From positions 3,130-67,129 of the forward strand of contig CAWFRX010000009.1 of the NCBI GenBank assembly GCA_963818345.1: 64,000 nucleotides of DNA. The letters run 5' to 3'. The translations under genes and the position numbers were made by a program. The notes under the pieces are model-generated. The model was not told where the DNA came from and did not search any database. It saw only the letters and a program-made list of their open reading frames with translations. The stretch is from an uncultured Acidobacteriota bacterium (GTDB lineage Bacteria > Acidobacteriota > Terriglobia > Acidiferrales > UBA7541). Shown piece by piece: positions 52,651 through 63,111 of the stretch; positions within the stretch are counted from its first letter, which is position 1, and the number at the start of each line of letters is the position of its first letter.

Positions 52651-54819
52651 ATGAGCGTGCAGCGGACACAAAAATCACCTGTCAGTCGAACCGTCACTTG
52701 GCCACTCTCGTTGAGCCTCGCTGTGCTCGCCGTCTTAACGGCTGGTTGTACTGTAATTAACGAACAAATGCCCTCACAGAATCCTCTGCCGAGCATCGTT
52801 AGTCTGTCGCCCACCTCTGCGATGGCCGGAGCAGCGGCGCAGACCTTAACCATCAACGGTACCAATTTTCTTGCCAGCACCACGGTGACGTACAACGGGA
52901 GCGCGCACGGGACGAGCTTCCTGAGCGCGACTCAATTGACCATCTCACTTAGCGCATCTGATCAGGCAACACCAGGGTTGTATCCCGTCGTAGCGACGAA
53001 TCCAGCGCCTGGCGGGGGCGCGTCAAATGCCGTGACCTTCACGGTGTTGGCGCCCGTGCCGACCATAACCTCGCTGGCGCCCAGTTCGGCGACGGCCGGT
53101 GCAGCGGCGCAGATGTTAACCATCAACGGTACCAATTTTCTTGCCAGCACCACGGTGACATACAACGGGACCGCGCATGGGACGAGTTTCCTGAGCGCGA
53201 CTCAATTGACCATCTCACTCACCGCAGCTGATCTGGCAACAGCCGGGTCGTATCCCATCGTGGCGACGAACCCGGCACCAGGCGGCGGCACGTCGAACCC
53301 GGTGAACTTCATCGTTAGCCCCTCCAGCGTAACTCCACCCCCTTCCGGCCTGAGCGGCCAGTTCGGCTTTGTGCTCAGCGGCTACGATCCCGTCAATCCG
53401 ATCGTCATCGCGGGCAGCTTCACCGCCAATGGTTCTGGGCAGATCACCGCTGGCGACGTGGACGTGAACGACAATGGAGTGCACAGTACGGCCTCTGCCG
53501 CGATCACCGGCAGCTATGCGTTTGATTCCCTCCCGGCGGGAACCATCGGCTTGGGATCATTAGGGACGATGGTATTCACGGGCACGGATGGCACCGTCGC
53601 CCAGCCGCTGAAGTTTGCCTTCGCGCTGAACTCCACAGGTACCTTTGGCAGCATCATGGACATATCCGCGAATAATTTCGTGGTAGCCGGCACCATGCAG
53701 AAGCAATCGGCTTTAACACTCGCCCAGTTGGCAGGGAACTACGTCGTTACAGTGAACGGAAAGAGTGACGCTACGCCGACCTCAGCGATTGGCCGGCTAG
53801 CGCTCGCCTCCAACGGCGCCGTTACGGCCTCCTCTTTTGATCGCAGCATTTCCGGCATCGGCACCGCAGGACCCAATACCACGGCCACCATCGGTGCGTT
53901 CACCGCCCCAGACGGCAACGGCCGCGGCACATTCACCATCAATCTGGCCGACGCGCTGCAGGCTACCCCTACACAGACTTTCGCCTATTACGGCATCTCC
54001 GCCAGCCGTTTCATAGCCGCTGAAATTGACGGCAACGGGACCATGATGATTGACGCCGAGTCGCAGTCGACCATTCCTGCCACGGCCATCACCACGGGAT
54101 CCGTCTTCGGAATGGCCGGATTCGATACGGCTACCACGAGCGAGATTTCGGCTGTCGGACAACTCGCCATTTCCAGCCTCACGTCCGGGACAATCGCAGA
54201 CGACTCCAACGACAACGGCGCGATTAACACGAACGGAGCGCTTGCCATACCATTGGTTACATACAACCCGCTCACGGGCCGCGGCACAGCGACCGTCACG
54301 AGCGGCACCTCAAACGGCTTCGCCAATTCGCTTGTTTTCTATCTCACTGGTACGGCGGGCGGCATCAGTTACATCATGGACAGCACGTCAGGCGCGAGCA
54401 ATCGGGCTATGTCGGGGCCGCTCACGGTCCAGAGCGGAGTTGGTTCTTTCTCCACCGGGACCGATCTTGCCGGTAATGGAGGAATTGTCCGCGGCAAGGG
54501 GCTGGCTTTGAACGACGCCGATGCCTTCATTGCGCAGTTTGAACTCACCTCCACCGCCGGCCAGTACGCCCTTGTAGCCGACCAGCGGGTTCCAACCTCT
54601 TCCGGTAGCACTACGGTTAGCACCTCGACCGACGGTGCAATTTCACCCATTACAGTGGGGGGGCTTAGCGCGAGTACAGGCCGGGGAACGTTTCTGAATG
54701 GCGGCGAGACGCTGGCCTTCTACACGATCGCGCCTAACCAATTCGTCTTCATCGACATAAGCGCAGTGGGTAGTGGATTTAATGGTTCTTCGCCCTTGTT
54801 CCTCACGACTCCGAATTAA
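52651..54819 (+). CDS. Large lipoprotein with two tandem IPT/TIG-like domains and a Thr/Gly/Ser-rich beta region of about 500 aa
   Basis: Lipobox LAVLTAGC. Duplicated unit: P.I.SL.P.SA.AGAAAQ.LTINGTNFLASTTVTYNG.AHGTSFLSATQLTISL..ATNPAPGGG.SN.V.F. Intact. Confidence 0.6.
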   Translation: MSVQRTQKSPVSRTVTWPLSLSLAVLAVLTAGCTVINEQMPSQNPLPSIVSLSPTSAMAGAAAQTLTINGTNFLASTTVTYNGSAHGTSFLSATQLTISLSASDQATPGLYPVVATNPAPGGGASNAVTFTVLAPVPTITSLAPSSATAGAAAQMLTINGTNFLASTTVTYNGTAHGTSFLSATQLTISLTAADLATAGSYPIVATNPAPGGGTSNPVNFIVSPSSVTPPPSGLSGQFGFVLSGYDPVNPIVIAGSFTANGSGQITAGDVDVNDNGVHSTASAAITGSYAFDSLPAGTIGLGSLGTMVFTGTDGTVAQPLKFAFALNSTGTFGSIMDISANNFVVAGTMQKQSALTLAQLAGNYVVTVNGKSDATPTSAIGRLALASNGAVTASSFDRSISGIGTAGPNTTATIGAFTAPDGNGRGTFTINLADALQATPTQTFAYYGISASRFIAAEIDGNGTMMIDAESQSTIPATAITTGSVFGMAGFDTATTSEISAVGQLAISSLTSGTIADDSNDNGAINTNGALAIPLVTYNPLTGRGTATVTSGTSNGFANSLVFYLTGTAGGISYIMDSTSGASNRAMSGPLTVQSGVGSFSTGTDLAGNGGIVRGKGLALNDADAFIAQFELTSTAGQYALVADQRVPTSSGSTTVSTSTDGAISPITVGGLSASTGRGTFLNGGETLAFYTIAPNQFVFIDISAVGSGFNGSSPLFLTTPN
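52789..53328 (+). repeat. Tandem 270-bp duplication inside the lipoprotein gene (two IPT-like units)
   Basis: Unit 1 is 52789-53058 and unit 2 is 53059-53328. They share an identical core ttaaccatcaacggtaccaattttcttgccagcaccacggtgac at 52846 and 53116. Confidence 0.9.
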
Positions 54820-54957
54820 CGGGCGACGGTGTCGGCCCGCGGCATCCGCAAACTGCGGCAGGCGCTGCGCGACCCGGCTATCCGGCTCGACACCACTGGA
54901 CAACCGCCCATTCCCAGGTGTAGTGTGCGCGGCGGCCCCCTCCTTGCGAGGCATGCG

Positions 54958-55689
54958 ATGCGACTTGTCCCTACAGGCCACCTGATCGCTATGTTTGTTC
55001 TGAGCCTGAACGTCGGCTGTAGCGGCGGCGGGAACAACTCGTCCTCGTCTGGTCAGATCAATATCGCCGGGAACTGGCAGCTCACGTTTGTATCGATTCA
55101 TGGTTCGACGGGAACGGCATCTGGTACTCTCGCCCAATCCGCGAGCAGCTTTTCAGGGACGCTCGCCTTAGCCGGCGCCGTATGTGCAGCGTCAGCGCCC
55201 ATTAGTGGGACTGTCTCTGGTACAAATATCACAGCAACCCTCACTGAAAACGGCCAGGCTGTGGACTTGACCGGCACTGTGGCGCCTAGTGGTCAATCCG
55301 CCAGTGGCACCTATACTGCGGCTCCTGGCGGCTGTACTAATGGCGACAGCGGTACGTGGAGCGGGAGTGACCCTCCGGTTTCCGGGTCATTCGTCGGCGC
55401 ATTGAATCCAGTAGATCGATTACCCGTAAGGCTCGTGTTGGATTTGAAGGACGCGGACGGAGAGTTTTCCGGATCGGCGTCGTTTACGAATTCCGCATGC
55501 CTGACAACAGTGAGTGTGATGGGGAAAAAATCTGGACCGAACCTAGAATTGCAGGGGGCTAGTCCAGATGGAATGGTTGTCCTCCAAAGGATTGTTGCTG
55601 GCGACGGAAAGCTGCTTACCATCCGTTCTCAGGTCAGCGGTAGCTGCGCCGCTGAATCCGGGGCCGGCATACTGACGAAGGTTCAATAG
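54958..55689 (+). CDS. Lipoprotein, Gly/Ser/Thr-rich
   Basis: MRLVPTGHLIAMFVLSLNVGC lipobox, followed by repetitive SGT motifs. Intact. It follows the IPT lipoprotein gene. Confidence 0.5.
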   Translation: MRLVPTGHLIAMFVLSLNVGCSGGGNNSSSSGQINIAGNWQLTFVSIHGSTGTASGTLAQSASSFSGTLALAGAVCAASAPISGTVSGTNITATLTENGQAVDLTGTVAPSGQSASGTYTAAPGGCTNGDSGTWSGSDPPVSGSFVGALNPVDRLPVRLVLDLKDADGEFSGSASFTNSACLTTVSVMGKKSGPNLELQGASPDGMVVLQRIVAGDGKLLTIRSQVSGSCAAESGAGILTKVQ

Positions 55690-56030
55690 TTTGTTCCGGT
55701 CGTACGTTATATCGGTGGTATGGAGCTCATGACGACTCATATTTCCGGTCTCATTGACCGCAAATTTGATCGCGAGCGTCACAAGATTCATGGGCAAAAT
55801 GCTATCCCCTTGTGGACAAAACCCTGCCCTAATCTCCCCGGCACCTCCCAAAAAGCTGCCGGAGTAGCATTGTGGCGCGCGCCTCGGGACCCGTAGGCCG
55901 CCTCTCTTGACCCCCATGGTAAAATATGTTATGAACAAAACAAATAATAGCTTCTTCTACCCGTCTCTTCCCGTTTCCGTAACCCTTTTAGAATCACATC
56001 GTTTGGTCACCCCACGGAGGAACTCCTTTG

Positions 56031-56064
56031 GAATCACATCGTTGCAAAAACACTAGGGGGGTGG
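56031..56064 (+). repeat. G-rich interspersed motif copy (..CATCGTTGCAAAAACACTAGGGGGGTGG)
   Basis: Related to 56390-56427 and, as a reverse complement, to 5733-5765. The preceding GAATCACATCGTT is itself repeated at 55991. Confidence 0.6.
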
Positions 56065-56389
56065 CCTCAGCCGCCCCCATAGCGAAAGTCCCCGGCACAT
56101 GCAGGCCTCGGCGAGAGGCGCTGCGGTCGAATCCGTCGAGCTTTCGCGGTAACCAAGTCGGGGTCTGCCAGCAGTCACCGTTCGAGGGCGCCGCTGCCAA
56201 ATGCCAACCGTCGGCGACTCCGCCCTCTGTAGCTCCGGCGCGAGGACTGCAACCATCGGCAGATTCATCGACTTGCGCGCTATCTGCAGGACGGCAAAAG
56301 ATAACCCGCGCGTTTCCATGCACTTCCGTGCTCTTCGTGCGCTTTTTAGCGCCAGAGCGAAAGCCAACTATATTGTTTTCAGTCGCGTG

Positions 56390-56427
56390 CGCACTCTTTT
56401 GTAAAAACACCGGGGGTAGGGTGGGGA
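56390..56427 (+). repeat. G-rich interspersed motif copy (..TTGTAAAAACACCGGGGGTAGGGTGGGG)
   Basis: Same T(G/T)(C/T)AAAAA-N4-5-GGGGG.(G/A)G pattern as at 56031 and 5733 (reverse complement). Confidence 0.55.
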
Positions 56428-56541
56428 GTGTTAAACCAATACTTTAACTTTGCCCGGAGGCCCCGTCAGCCCGAGCCCCGCCAGCCCAAGCATTGCGGGC
56501 GAGTCCCTTTTGGACTAGATTTGCGGCTCAGGCCGAGTCTC

Positions 56542-58275
56542 ATGCCGAAACACAAACCCACTACGCGCTTTCGTAATTGCCGCCGATGGCTAGGCGCCGC
56601 CCTCCTTGTCATCGGAGTTGTTTTCGCAGTGCGCCTTGCCGCGCCGGCGCAGGACCGCGGGCAGGGCCGCTCGATGATCATCTCCCGCTTCGGCGTTGTG
56701 GCCGCCGAATCGCCGCTGGCTGCGCAGGCGGGAGTGCAGATGCTCGAGCGCGGCGGTACGGCCGTCGACGCAGCCGTGGCCGCCAATGCTGCCATGGGGG
56801 TCGTGGCGCCGATGTCCAACGGCATCGGCGGCGACCTGTTTGCGATGATTTACGACGCCAAAAGCGGCAAGCTCTACGGCCTGAATGCCAGCGGCTGGAC
56901 GCCGGCCGGCCTCACCGTTCAGACCCTGAAAAAGCAAGGGCTGCGTGACATGCCCGAGCGCGGAATTTTTACAGTGACCGTTCCCGGCGCGGTGGACGGC
57001 TGGCAGAAATTGCTCGATCGCTTCGGCAAGAAAAAGCTCTCGGAGGTTTTGGCGCCGGCCATTCAGCTTGCCGATCAAGGTTTTCCGGTGACCGAGTGGG
57101 TCGCGGGACTTTGGCAGAAAAACGTCGAGCTTCTGCGCTCGAACGATGCCGCCGCGCAAACCTATCTGCCCTCGGACAAAGCTCCGGCGGTCGGCCAGGT
57201 GTTTCGCAACCCTGATCTCGCTGGATCGCTGCGCCAGATCGCGCAGGGTGGCCGCGACGCTTTCTACAAGGGCGACATCGCGCGGCGCATCGTGGAGACT
57301 TCCCGGCGGCACGGCGGCGCGTTCACCGAAAAAGATTTTGCCGACTATTCCGCCGAATGGGTGGATCCCATCTCGACCACCTACCGCGGCTGGACGGTCT
57401 ACGAGTTGCCGCCGAACAGCCAGGGGCTGGCCGCGCTCGAAATGCTCAATATCATGGAGACGTTTCCGCTGCACGAGTTCGGCTTGAACTCGACGCGCTC
57501 GCTGCACACCATGATTGAAGCCAAGAAGCTGGCTTACGCCGATCTGATCCGCTACATCGGCGACCCGAAATTTTCCACGCCGCCCGTCGCGCAACTGCTC
57601 TCCAAGGACTTTGCCGCCAAGCGCGCCCAGTTGATCGATCCGAACAAGGCCAATTGTCACGTGGGCCCAGGATCGCCGCTTCCGCCGGGAGGCGACACCA
57701 TCTATCTCAGCGTGGTGGACCGCGACGGAAACATGGTCTCGCTGATCCAGAGCAATTATGAGGACTTTGGCTCCGGGCTGGTGGCCGACGGCACCGGTTT
57801 TGTGCTGCACAATCGCGGCGCCTTATTTACGCTCGATACGGATTCGCCGAACGTCATCGCGCCCCGCAAGCGCCCGCTGCACACGATTATTCCCGCGCTC
57901 ATGACCAAGGGTGACGTGCGCGTGGCCTTCGGAATCATGGGCGGATGGAATCAGGCGCAAGCGCACGCGCAATTCGTCTCCCATATGGTGGACTTCAACC
58001 AAAATATCCAGGCGGCCATGGAGGCGGCGCGTTTTACCAAGCTCACCTTCGAGGGCTGCGACGTGCAACTCGAGAACCGCGTGCCAGGAAATGTTCGCGC
58101 CGAACTCGAAGCCAAGGGCCACATGGTGCAAATGCACAACGGTTTTTCCAATACGTTTGGCGGAGGCCAAGCAGTGATGCGCGACTTCGCCACCGGGGTG
58201 AACTATGGCGCTTCCGACCCGCGAAAGGACGGGGAAGCGATACCCGAGTTGCCTGCCTCCCCCGCGAGCCCGTAG
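56542..58275 (+). CDS. ggt: Gamma-glutamyltransferase
   Basis: Intact: GVVAAESPLAAQAGVQMLERGGTAVDAAVAA..GIGGDLFA; autoprocessing region GGDTIYLSVVDRDGNMVSLIQSNY..FGSG; RKRPLHTIIPA; GIMGG. Confidence 0.9.
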   Translation: MPKHKPTTRFRNCRRWLGAALLVIGVVFAVRLAAPAQDRGQGRSMIISRFGVVAAESPLAAQAGVQMLERGGTAVDAAVAANAAMGVVAPMSNGIGGDLFAMIYDAKSGKLYGLNASGWTPAGLTVQTLKKQGLRDMPERGIFTVTVPGAVDGWQKLLDRFGKKKLSEVLAPAIQLADQGFPVTEWVAGLWQKNVELLRSNDAAAQTYLPSDKAPAVGQVFRNPDLAGSLRQIAQGGRDAFYKGDIARRIVETSRRHGGAFTEKDFADYSAEWVDPISTTYRGWTVYELPPNSQGLAALEMLNIMETFPLHEFGLNSTRSLHTMIEAKKLAYADLIRYIGDPKFSTPPVAQLLSKDFAAKRAQLIDPNKANCHVGPGSPLPPGGDTIYLSVVDRDGNMVSLIQSNYEDFGSGLVADGTGFVLHNRGALFTLDTDSPNVIAPRKRPLHTIIPALMTKGDVRVAFGIMGGWNQAQAHAQFVSHMVDFNQNIQAAMEAARFTKLTFEGCDVQLENRVPGNVRAELEAKGHMVQMHNGFSNTFGGGQAVMRDFATGVNYGASDPRKDGEAIPELPASPASP

Positions 58276-58472
58276 GTTTGGGCTCCAAACCAGCACGCGG
58301 GTGGAATAGTTGTGCTCTCTTGTGTACCCCCAGTGCTCATACGAGTTGGTAAGCACCGCCTCTCTGCCATCTAACTGTCTTTAATTCAATCAGTTACATT
58401 GCACCACGCTTCGGCAATCTGTGTGCTATTCCTCCATACGCTGCTGTAACCTTCAATCCACTGGGAGTTCGC

Positions 58473-58865
58473 ATGCAAATGTTCCGGGCCCGTGCTGGCT
58501 GGCTGAGTTTCTCGCCTTTGATTCTGGTGTTGCTGGCCATGGGTTCGCGGCCTTCCGCGCTTCGCGCCCAAACGGACTTCGACGGGAAATATCGTTGCGT
58601 TCGCGTCGAGATCGGCGATCAGAAAGAACCGTGCCAGAGCCCGCCACTCATCTTGGACCGCGATGGCAGCTACGAAATCTGGGGAGAGCGCGGCACCTAC
58701 GAAGTCGTGCAGCAGTGGCTGGTGCTGTCCCACTCGAAGCGTAGAGGACTTGGACATTTCATTGCTCCCGGCGAGATTGTTTTCCAGTACAAGATCAACG
58801 GCAAAGAGTGCCGCGTCACCTTCCGGCAAGTCTACGATCCGCCTCCCGGATTCGACTTGGGCTAG
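58473..58865 (+). CDS. Secreted hypothetical protein
   Basis: WLSFSPLILVLLAMGSRPSALRA is a signal peptide. Intact 130 aa. Confidence 0.45.
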   Translation: MQMFRARAGWLSFSPLILVLLAMGSRPSALRAQTDFDGKYRCVRVEIGDQKEPCQSPPLILDRDGSYEIWGERGTYEVVQQWLVLSHSKRRGLGHFIAPGEIVFQYKINGKECRVTFRQVYDPPPGFDLG

Positions 58866-59063
58866 CCTCAGCAACAAACTTTGCCAACTTTGACGTCTTC
58901 GCTCGCGGCTCTTCGCCGCATCCTCATCTAAAGAACTGCTCGGTGCTTGGTCTGCCTCGGCTCGGAACCGTCGGGACGGCAGCTCGGCCTCTGGACAAGT
59001 GCGGCTGGTGTCGTATGCTAATCTTCTGAAGTTCCCACACTGTGACGCTGAGGGGGTCGCGTC

Positions 59064-60065
59064 ATGAGGGCCTGCGTTCTTCGCGCTCCGGCGCCGATCG
59101 AAACCAATCCACTAAACTTTTGCGATGTGCCCGTGCCGCAGCCCGCCGCTGGCGAAGTGCTGGTGCGCGTGAGTTGCTGCGGAGTATGCCGCACGGATCT
59201 GCATGTGATCGAAGGCGAATTGCCGCCGCGCAAGTCGCCGGTGATTCCAGGACACCAGGTCGTCGGGCGAGTCGAAGCTGGCGGCGAGGGTGCGGGCAGG
59301 TTTCTCCCGGGCGCTCGAGTGGGGATCGCATGGCTGCACCAAACCGACGGTACTTGCGAGTACTGCCGCTCCAGAGCGGAGAATCTTTGTGATCATCCCA
59401 GCTTTACCGGTTACACCGTGGACGGCGGATACGCGGAATATATTGTCGCGCCGCAAGATTTCGTGTATCCGATTCCCGCCGAGTTTCCCGACGAACAGGC
59501 CGCTCCCTTGCTGTGCGCGGGCATCATTGGATTCAGGTCGCTGCGGCTTTCGGGGATCAAGAGCGGCGGGCGACTGGGATTCTACGGCTTTGGCGCGGCG
59601 GCGCATGTGGCCATTCAAGTGGCGCGCCACTGGAATGCCGAGGTTTATGCCTGCACGCGGGATGAGCGCCACCAGCGGCTGGCCTTGGAACTCGGCGCCG
59701 TGTGGGCCGGAGGCACTCTGGACCAACCGCCTCGCAAGCTCGACGCCGCGATCGTCTTCGCGCCAGCGGGAGAGATTGTGCCGGCCGCGCTGCGGGCGTT
59801 GCGGAAGGGCGGGGTTCTCGTTTTGGGCGGCATTCACATGAGTCCGATTCCATCGTTCGATTACGATCTGCTTTATGAAGAGCGGGTGATTCGCAGCGTG
59901 GCCAATAATACGCGGCTTGACGGCGAGGAGTTTTTGCGCACCGCCGCGGAGATTCCAATCCGCACGCGCGTAGAGTTGTTCTCGTTGCAAGACGCGAATC
60001 GGGCCCTGAATGCGCTCAAGAATGACGCTATTTCAGGAGCGGCGGTGCTGCAAATTGGGGCTTGA
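59064..60065 (+). CDS. Zinc-dependent alcohol dehydrogenase family protein
   Basis: [26 protein letters not shown]; structural Zn cluster [15 protein letters not shown]; [11 protein letters not shown] nucleotide fold. Intact 333 aa. Confidence 0.85.
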   Translation: MRACVLRAPAPIETNPLNFCDVPVPQPAAGEVLVRVSCCGVCRTDLHVIEGELPPRKSPVIPGHQVVGRVEAGGEGAGRFLPGARVGIAWLHQTDGTCEYCRSRAENLCDHPSFTGYTVDGGYAEYIVAPQDFVYPIPAEFPDEQAAPLLCAGIIGFRSLRLSGIKSGGRLGFYGFGAAAHVAIQVARHWNAEVYACTRDERHQRLALELGAVWAGGTLDQPPRKLDAAIVFAPAGEIVPAALRALRKGGVLVLGGIHMSPIPSFDYDLLYEERVIRSVANNTRLDGEEFLRTAAEIPIRTRVELFSLQDANRALNALKNDAISGAAVLQIGA

Positions 60066-60081
60066 GGAAATCGGGCGGGCG

Positions 60082-60846
60082 CTACGCCAGGGCTTCGGCT
60101 AGCCCGCGCAACGATTTGTCCGGCGGGATCATGGCGCGAACGGCCTCGTGCAGTTCGTGAGCGCTCGAGGCGTTCTCCGGATAGTTCACCACTTCGATCT
60201 TGTAGGTAAATCGGGTGTTCAGCCCGGCAGCGTCAATCAGGCCCTCGCCGATTCGCGAGGCCAGGCCGCGCGCCGCTGAGGCTTCGAGGCCAGGCAGAAT
60301 CGCGCCAAAGCACGCGGGGCCGAGAACGTAGATGGAATCATTTTCGCGCAGTTTGCGCGAGACAGCTTTGGCTGCGTCACCGAGAATCGACGCCTGCATA
60401 CCGTCGGACGACGCGCCCGAAGGGAACTGGAAGGTGACGACCAGGATCGAGAGTTGTTGTTCGGTCGCCGTGGTGCGTCGGAATTCCATGGGCAGATGGT
60501 CTTGGAACGCGCTCAGCTTGGGTATGCTCTTCAGCAGTTCCTCACTGGCTTGTTGGCGGGCCGCACTGCTTTCTTTGCGATCCGAATCCATCTGGTGCCG
60601 CAGACGCCGCATTCTGGCCTGGGCATCCCAAACGTATGCGGTGAGAAGCACGCAGAGTCCGCAGAATCCAAAGAAGGCGATGTGCAGGTTACGGTCTGAA
60701 TAGGCGCCCTCGTGATCGAACACCACCGGGTACATCAGTACGGCGCTGCCGATCCCCAAGATGGCAATCGCTGCGCACGCGAATACGGTTGATTGGAGCT
60801 CGCGGCGCTCCAAATCGGCGGAGTCGAGTCGGCGAATGTTCGACAC
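60082..60846 (-). CDS. Membrane protein with a degenerate GGDEF-like C-terminal domain (GPACF in place of GGDEF)
   Basis: Two N-terminal TM segments. Then LSILVVTFQF..ILGDAAKAVSRKLRENDSIYVLGPACFGAILPG..AARGLASRIGEGL follows the layout of a diguanylate cyclase fold but lacks the catalytic motif. Inference. Confidence 0.4.
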   Translation of the reverse strand: MSNIRRLDSADLERRELQSTVFACAAIAILGIGSAVLMYPVVFDHEGAYSDRNLHIAFFGFCGLCVLLTAYVWDAQARMRRLRHQMDSDRKESSAARQQASEELLKSIPKLSAFQDHLPMEFRRTTATEQQLSILVVTFQFPSGASSDGMQASILGDAAKAVSRKLRENDSIYVLGPACFGAILPGLEASAARGLASRIGEGLIDAAGLNTRFTYKIEVVNYPENASSAHELHEAVRAMIPPDKSLRGLAEALA

Positions 60847-61056
60847 GGGAGCTCATCTCCTAGGGCGGTAACCGAACGGTCAAGTACATTGTAAGGATGA
60901 TGGACAAAAGTCACCAGCGCCCCGCGTCGATCCTTTTCCGATTGATAAACCTGCCCCCCAGCCAGTACCGGACCGTCTTTGACGGTTCCGCTTGCGCTCC
61001 CCTATAATCGGCGCTCTTCTTTATTTTCAGCGCCAGCGGTTTCAGGTGAAGAAAAC

Positions 61057-63036
61057 GTGTATCACACAGTGGAAGCACGCATTCGCGAGGCGTTAGGCGC
61101 ATTTTTGGCTCGCCGAGGCGTTGCGGGGGTGAACATCGCCACCGAGCGCCCGCCCAACTTAGCCATGGGCGAGGTGGCGACGCCGCTCGCGTTTGAGTTG
61201 GCCAAGCGGTTGCGGCGCGCGCCGCGGCAGATTGCCGGAGAAATAGCGGCCGAACTTGGCGCGATCCCCGGCGTCGACCGGGTGGAAACGGCCGGGGCGG
61301 GGTACGTTAATTTCTTCTTCGACCGGGCGGAGTATCTGGCCGCAACCGTTCGCGATGCGGGGCGACTCGCTGAGGCGCACGCGCCGGACGCGCCCAAAGC
61401 CGTCGTCGAGCACACGAATATCAATCCTAATAAGGCCGCCCACATTGGCCATCTGAGGAACGCGGCGCTGGGTGACACGTTTGTCCGGTTGCTGCGTCGT
61501 GCTGAGCACCGTGTAGAGGTGCAAAACTATATCGACAACACCGGCGTCCAGGTCGCCGACGTGGTGGTCGGCTTTCAACATATCGAAAAACTATCGACGG
61601 AGCAGGTACGCGCGCTCGCGGCCGGGCCGCGTTTCGATTATTTGTGCTGGGACCTTTACGCGCGGGTCACGCAGTTCTATGAAGAAGACAAGAAGCGACT
61701 GGCGCTGCGTGGCGAGACTTTAGCGGCCATCGAAGAGGGCGGCGGCCCGGTTGCCGAACTCGCCGAAGTCATCTCGGTGGCGATCGCGCACTGCCATTTG
61801 CGGACGATGGATAGGCTTGGGGTGCAATATGACGTACTGCCGCGCGAAAGCGAGATTCTTCGCCTGAACTTCTGGGAAGCAGCGTTCACACGCCTGAAGC
61901 AGAGCGGTGCAATTCATGTGGCCGACGCGGGCAAAAACGCGGGGTGTTGGGTCATGAACCTGTCGGCCGCCGAAGGTGGGCCGGGCGGGGAAGGAGACGA
62001 CGACGCGAAGGTGATTGTTCGCTCGAACGGCACGGTGACCTATGTGGGCAAGGACATCGCTTACCAGCTCTGGAAATTCGGCCTGCTCGACCGCGACTTT
62101 GCGTATCGCCGCTTTCATCGGTATGAGAACGGCCACGTCGCCTGGTCCAGCGTGGCTGATGGGGGCGAGGCCGGCGCGCCAGCGTTCGGACATGCGGCTG
62201 AGGTGTTTAACGTAATCGACACCCGGCAGTCTTACCTCCAAAACGTAGTCGTGGCCGGGATGCGGGCCCTGGGTTTTGAATCTGAGGCGTCGCGTTCGAT
62301 CCATTTCTCGTATGAAATCGTGGCGCTCACCCCGCGTTGCGCCGCCGAGATGGGTTACACGTTGTCCGAGGAAGATGCGCGCAAACCGTACGTGGAAGTG
62401 AGCGGCCGCAAGGGGCTGGGCGTCAAAGCTGATGATTTGCTTGACCGCCTGGAAGCGGCGGCCCGCGCAGAAGTGGACACTCGCCAGCCAGAGGCGTCCG
62501 AGGCCGAACGAGTGGGCATCGCGCACGCGATCGCCGTCGGGGCCCTACGCTACTTTCTTTTGAAGTACACGCGCACGACCATCATCGCTTTTGATTTTCG
62601 GGACGCCCTCAGCTTCGACGGGGAAACCGGACCGTATTGCCAGTACGCCGTGGTTCGCGCGCGGAACATCTTTCGCAAAGCGGCCGAACAGCACCCTGAA
62701 TTTCGCATCGAGAGCCTTGATGATCTGGCTCAGCCGGATGTCGACGCGGAGTTTCTCAAGACGCCTCAGGGCGACGATTTGTGGGAGTTGGTCAGACTAG
62801 CTGGCTTACTCGATTTTGAAGTGGCTGCGGCGCTGACGGCCCGCGAGCCGGCGTTCATCGCGAAATACGCCTTCGAGCTGGCGCAAGCGTTCAACCTCTT
62901 CTATCACCGGCACCGTATCCTGTCGGAGTCGGACGCTACGCGAAGGCTGTTTCTCTTGCGAGTGACCCGAGTGGTCGAACGGCAGTTGGTGGCCGCGCTT
63001 GCGCTGCTCGGCATCGAAGCGCCAGAAAAGATGTAG
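61057..63036 (+). CDS. argS: Arginine--tRNA ligase
   Basis: GYVNFFF..VVEHTNINPNKAAHIGHLRNAALGD (HIGH motif)..IVRSNGTVTYVGKDIAY... C-terminal anticodon-binding helices ..AFIAKYAFELAQAFNLFY. GTG start chosen at 61057; the ORF is open from 60979. Confidence 0.85.
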   Translation: MYHTVEARIREALGAFLARRGVAGVNIATERPPNLAMGEVATPLAFELAKRLRRAPRQIAGEIAAELGAIPGVDRVETAGAGYVNFFFDRAEYLAATVRDAGRLAEAHAPDAPKAVVEHTNINPNKAAHIGHLRNAALGDTFVRLLRRAEHRVEVQNYIDNTGVQVADVVVGFQHIEKLSTEQVRALAAGPRFDYLCWDLYARVTQFYEEDKKRLALRGETLAAIEEGGGPVAELAEVISVAIAHCHLRTMDRLGVQYDVLPRESEILRLNFWEAAFTRLKQSGAIHVADAGKNAGCWVMNLSAAEGGPGGEGDDDAKVIVRSNGTVTYVGKDIAYQLWKFGLLDRDFAYRRFHRYENGHVAWSSVADGGEAGAPAFGHAAEVFNVIDTRQSYLQNVVVAGMRALGFESEASRSIHFSYEIVALTPRCAAEMGYTLSEEDARKPYVEVSGRKGLGVKADDLLDRLEAAARAEVDTRQPEASEAERVGIAHAIAVGALRYFLLKYTRTTIIAFDFRDALSFDGETGPYCQYAVVRARNIFRKAAEQHPEFRIESLDDLAQPDVDAEFLKTPQGDDLWELVRLAGLLDFEVAAALTAREPAFIAKYAFELAQAFNLFYHRHRILSESDATRRLFLLRVTRVVERQLVAALALLGIEAPEKM

Positions 63037-63111
63037 GGTCGCGTGTCGGTCAAATCAAACCGAACCGATGGGCCGCATAAGCGCTGAGTCGCAATTTGAA
63101 CCAAAGCGGCT

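Noticed and set aside
52789-53328. CRISPR-like regular repeats
   Set aside because: These are two 270-bp coding repeats inside one ORF, not short repeats separated by unique spacers. No CRISPR array or cas gene is present anywhere in the window.
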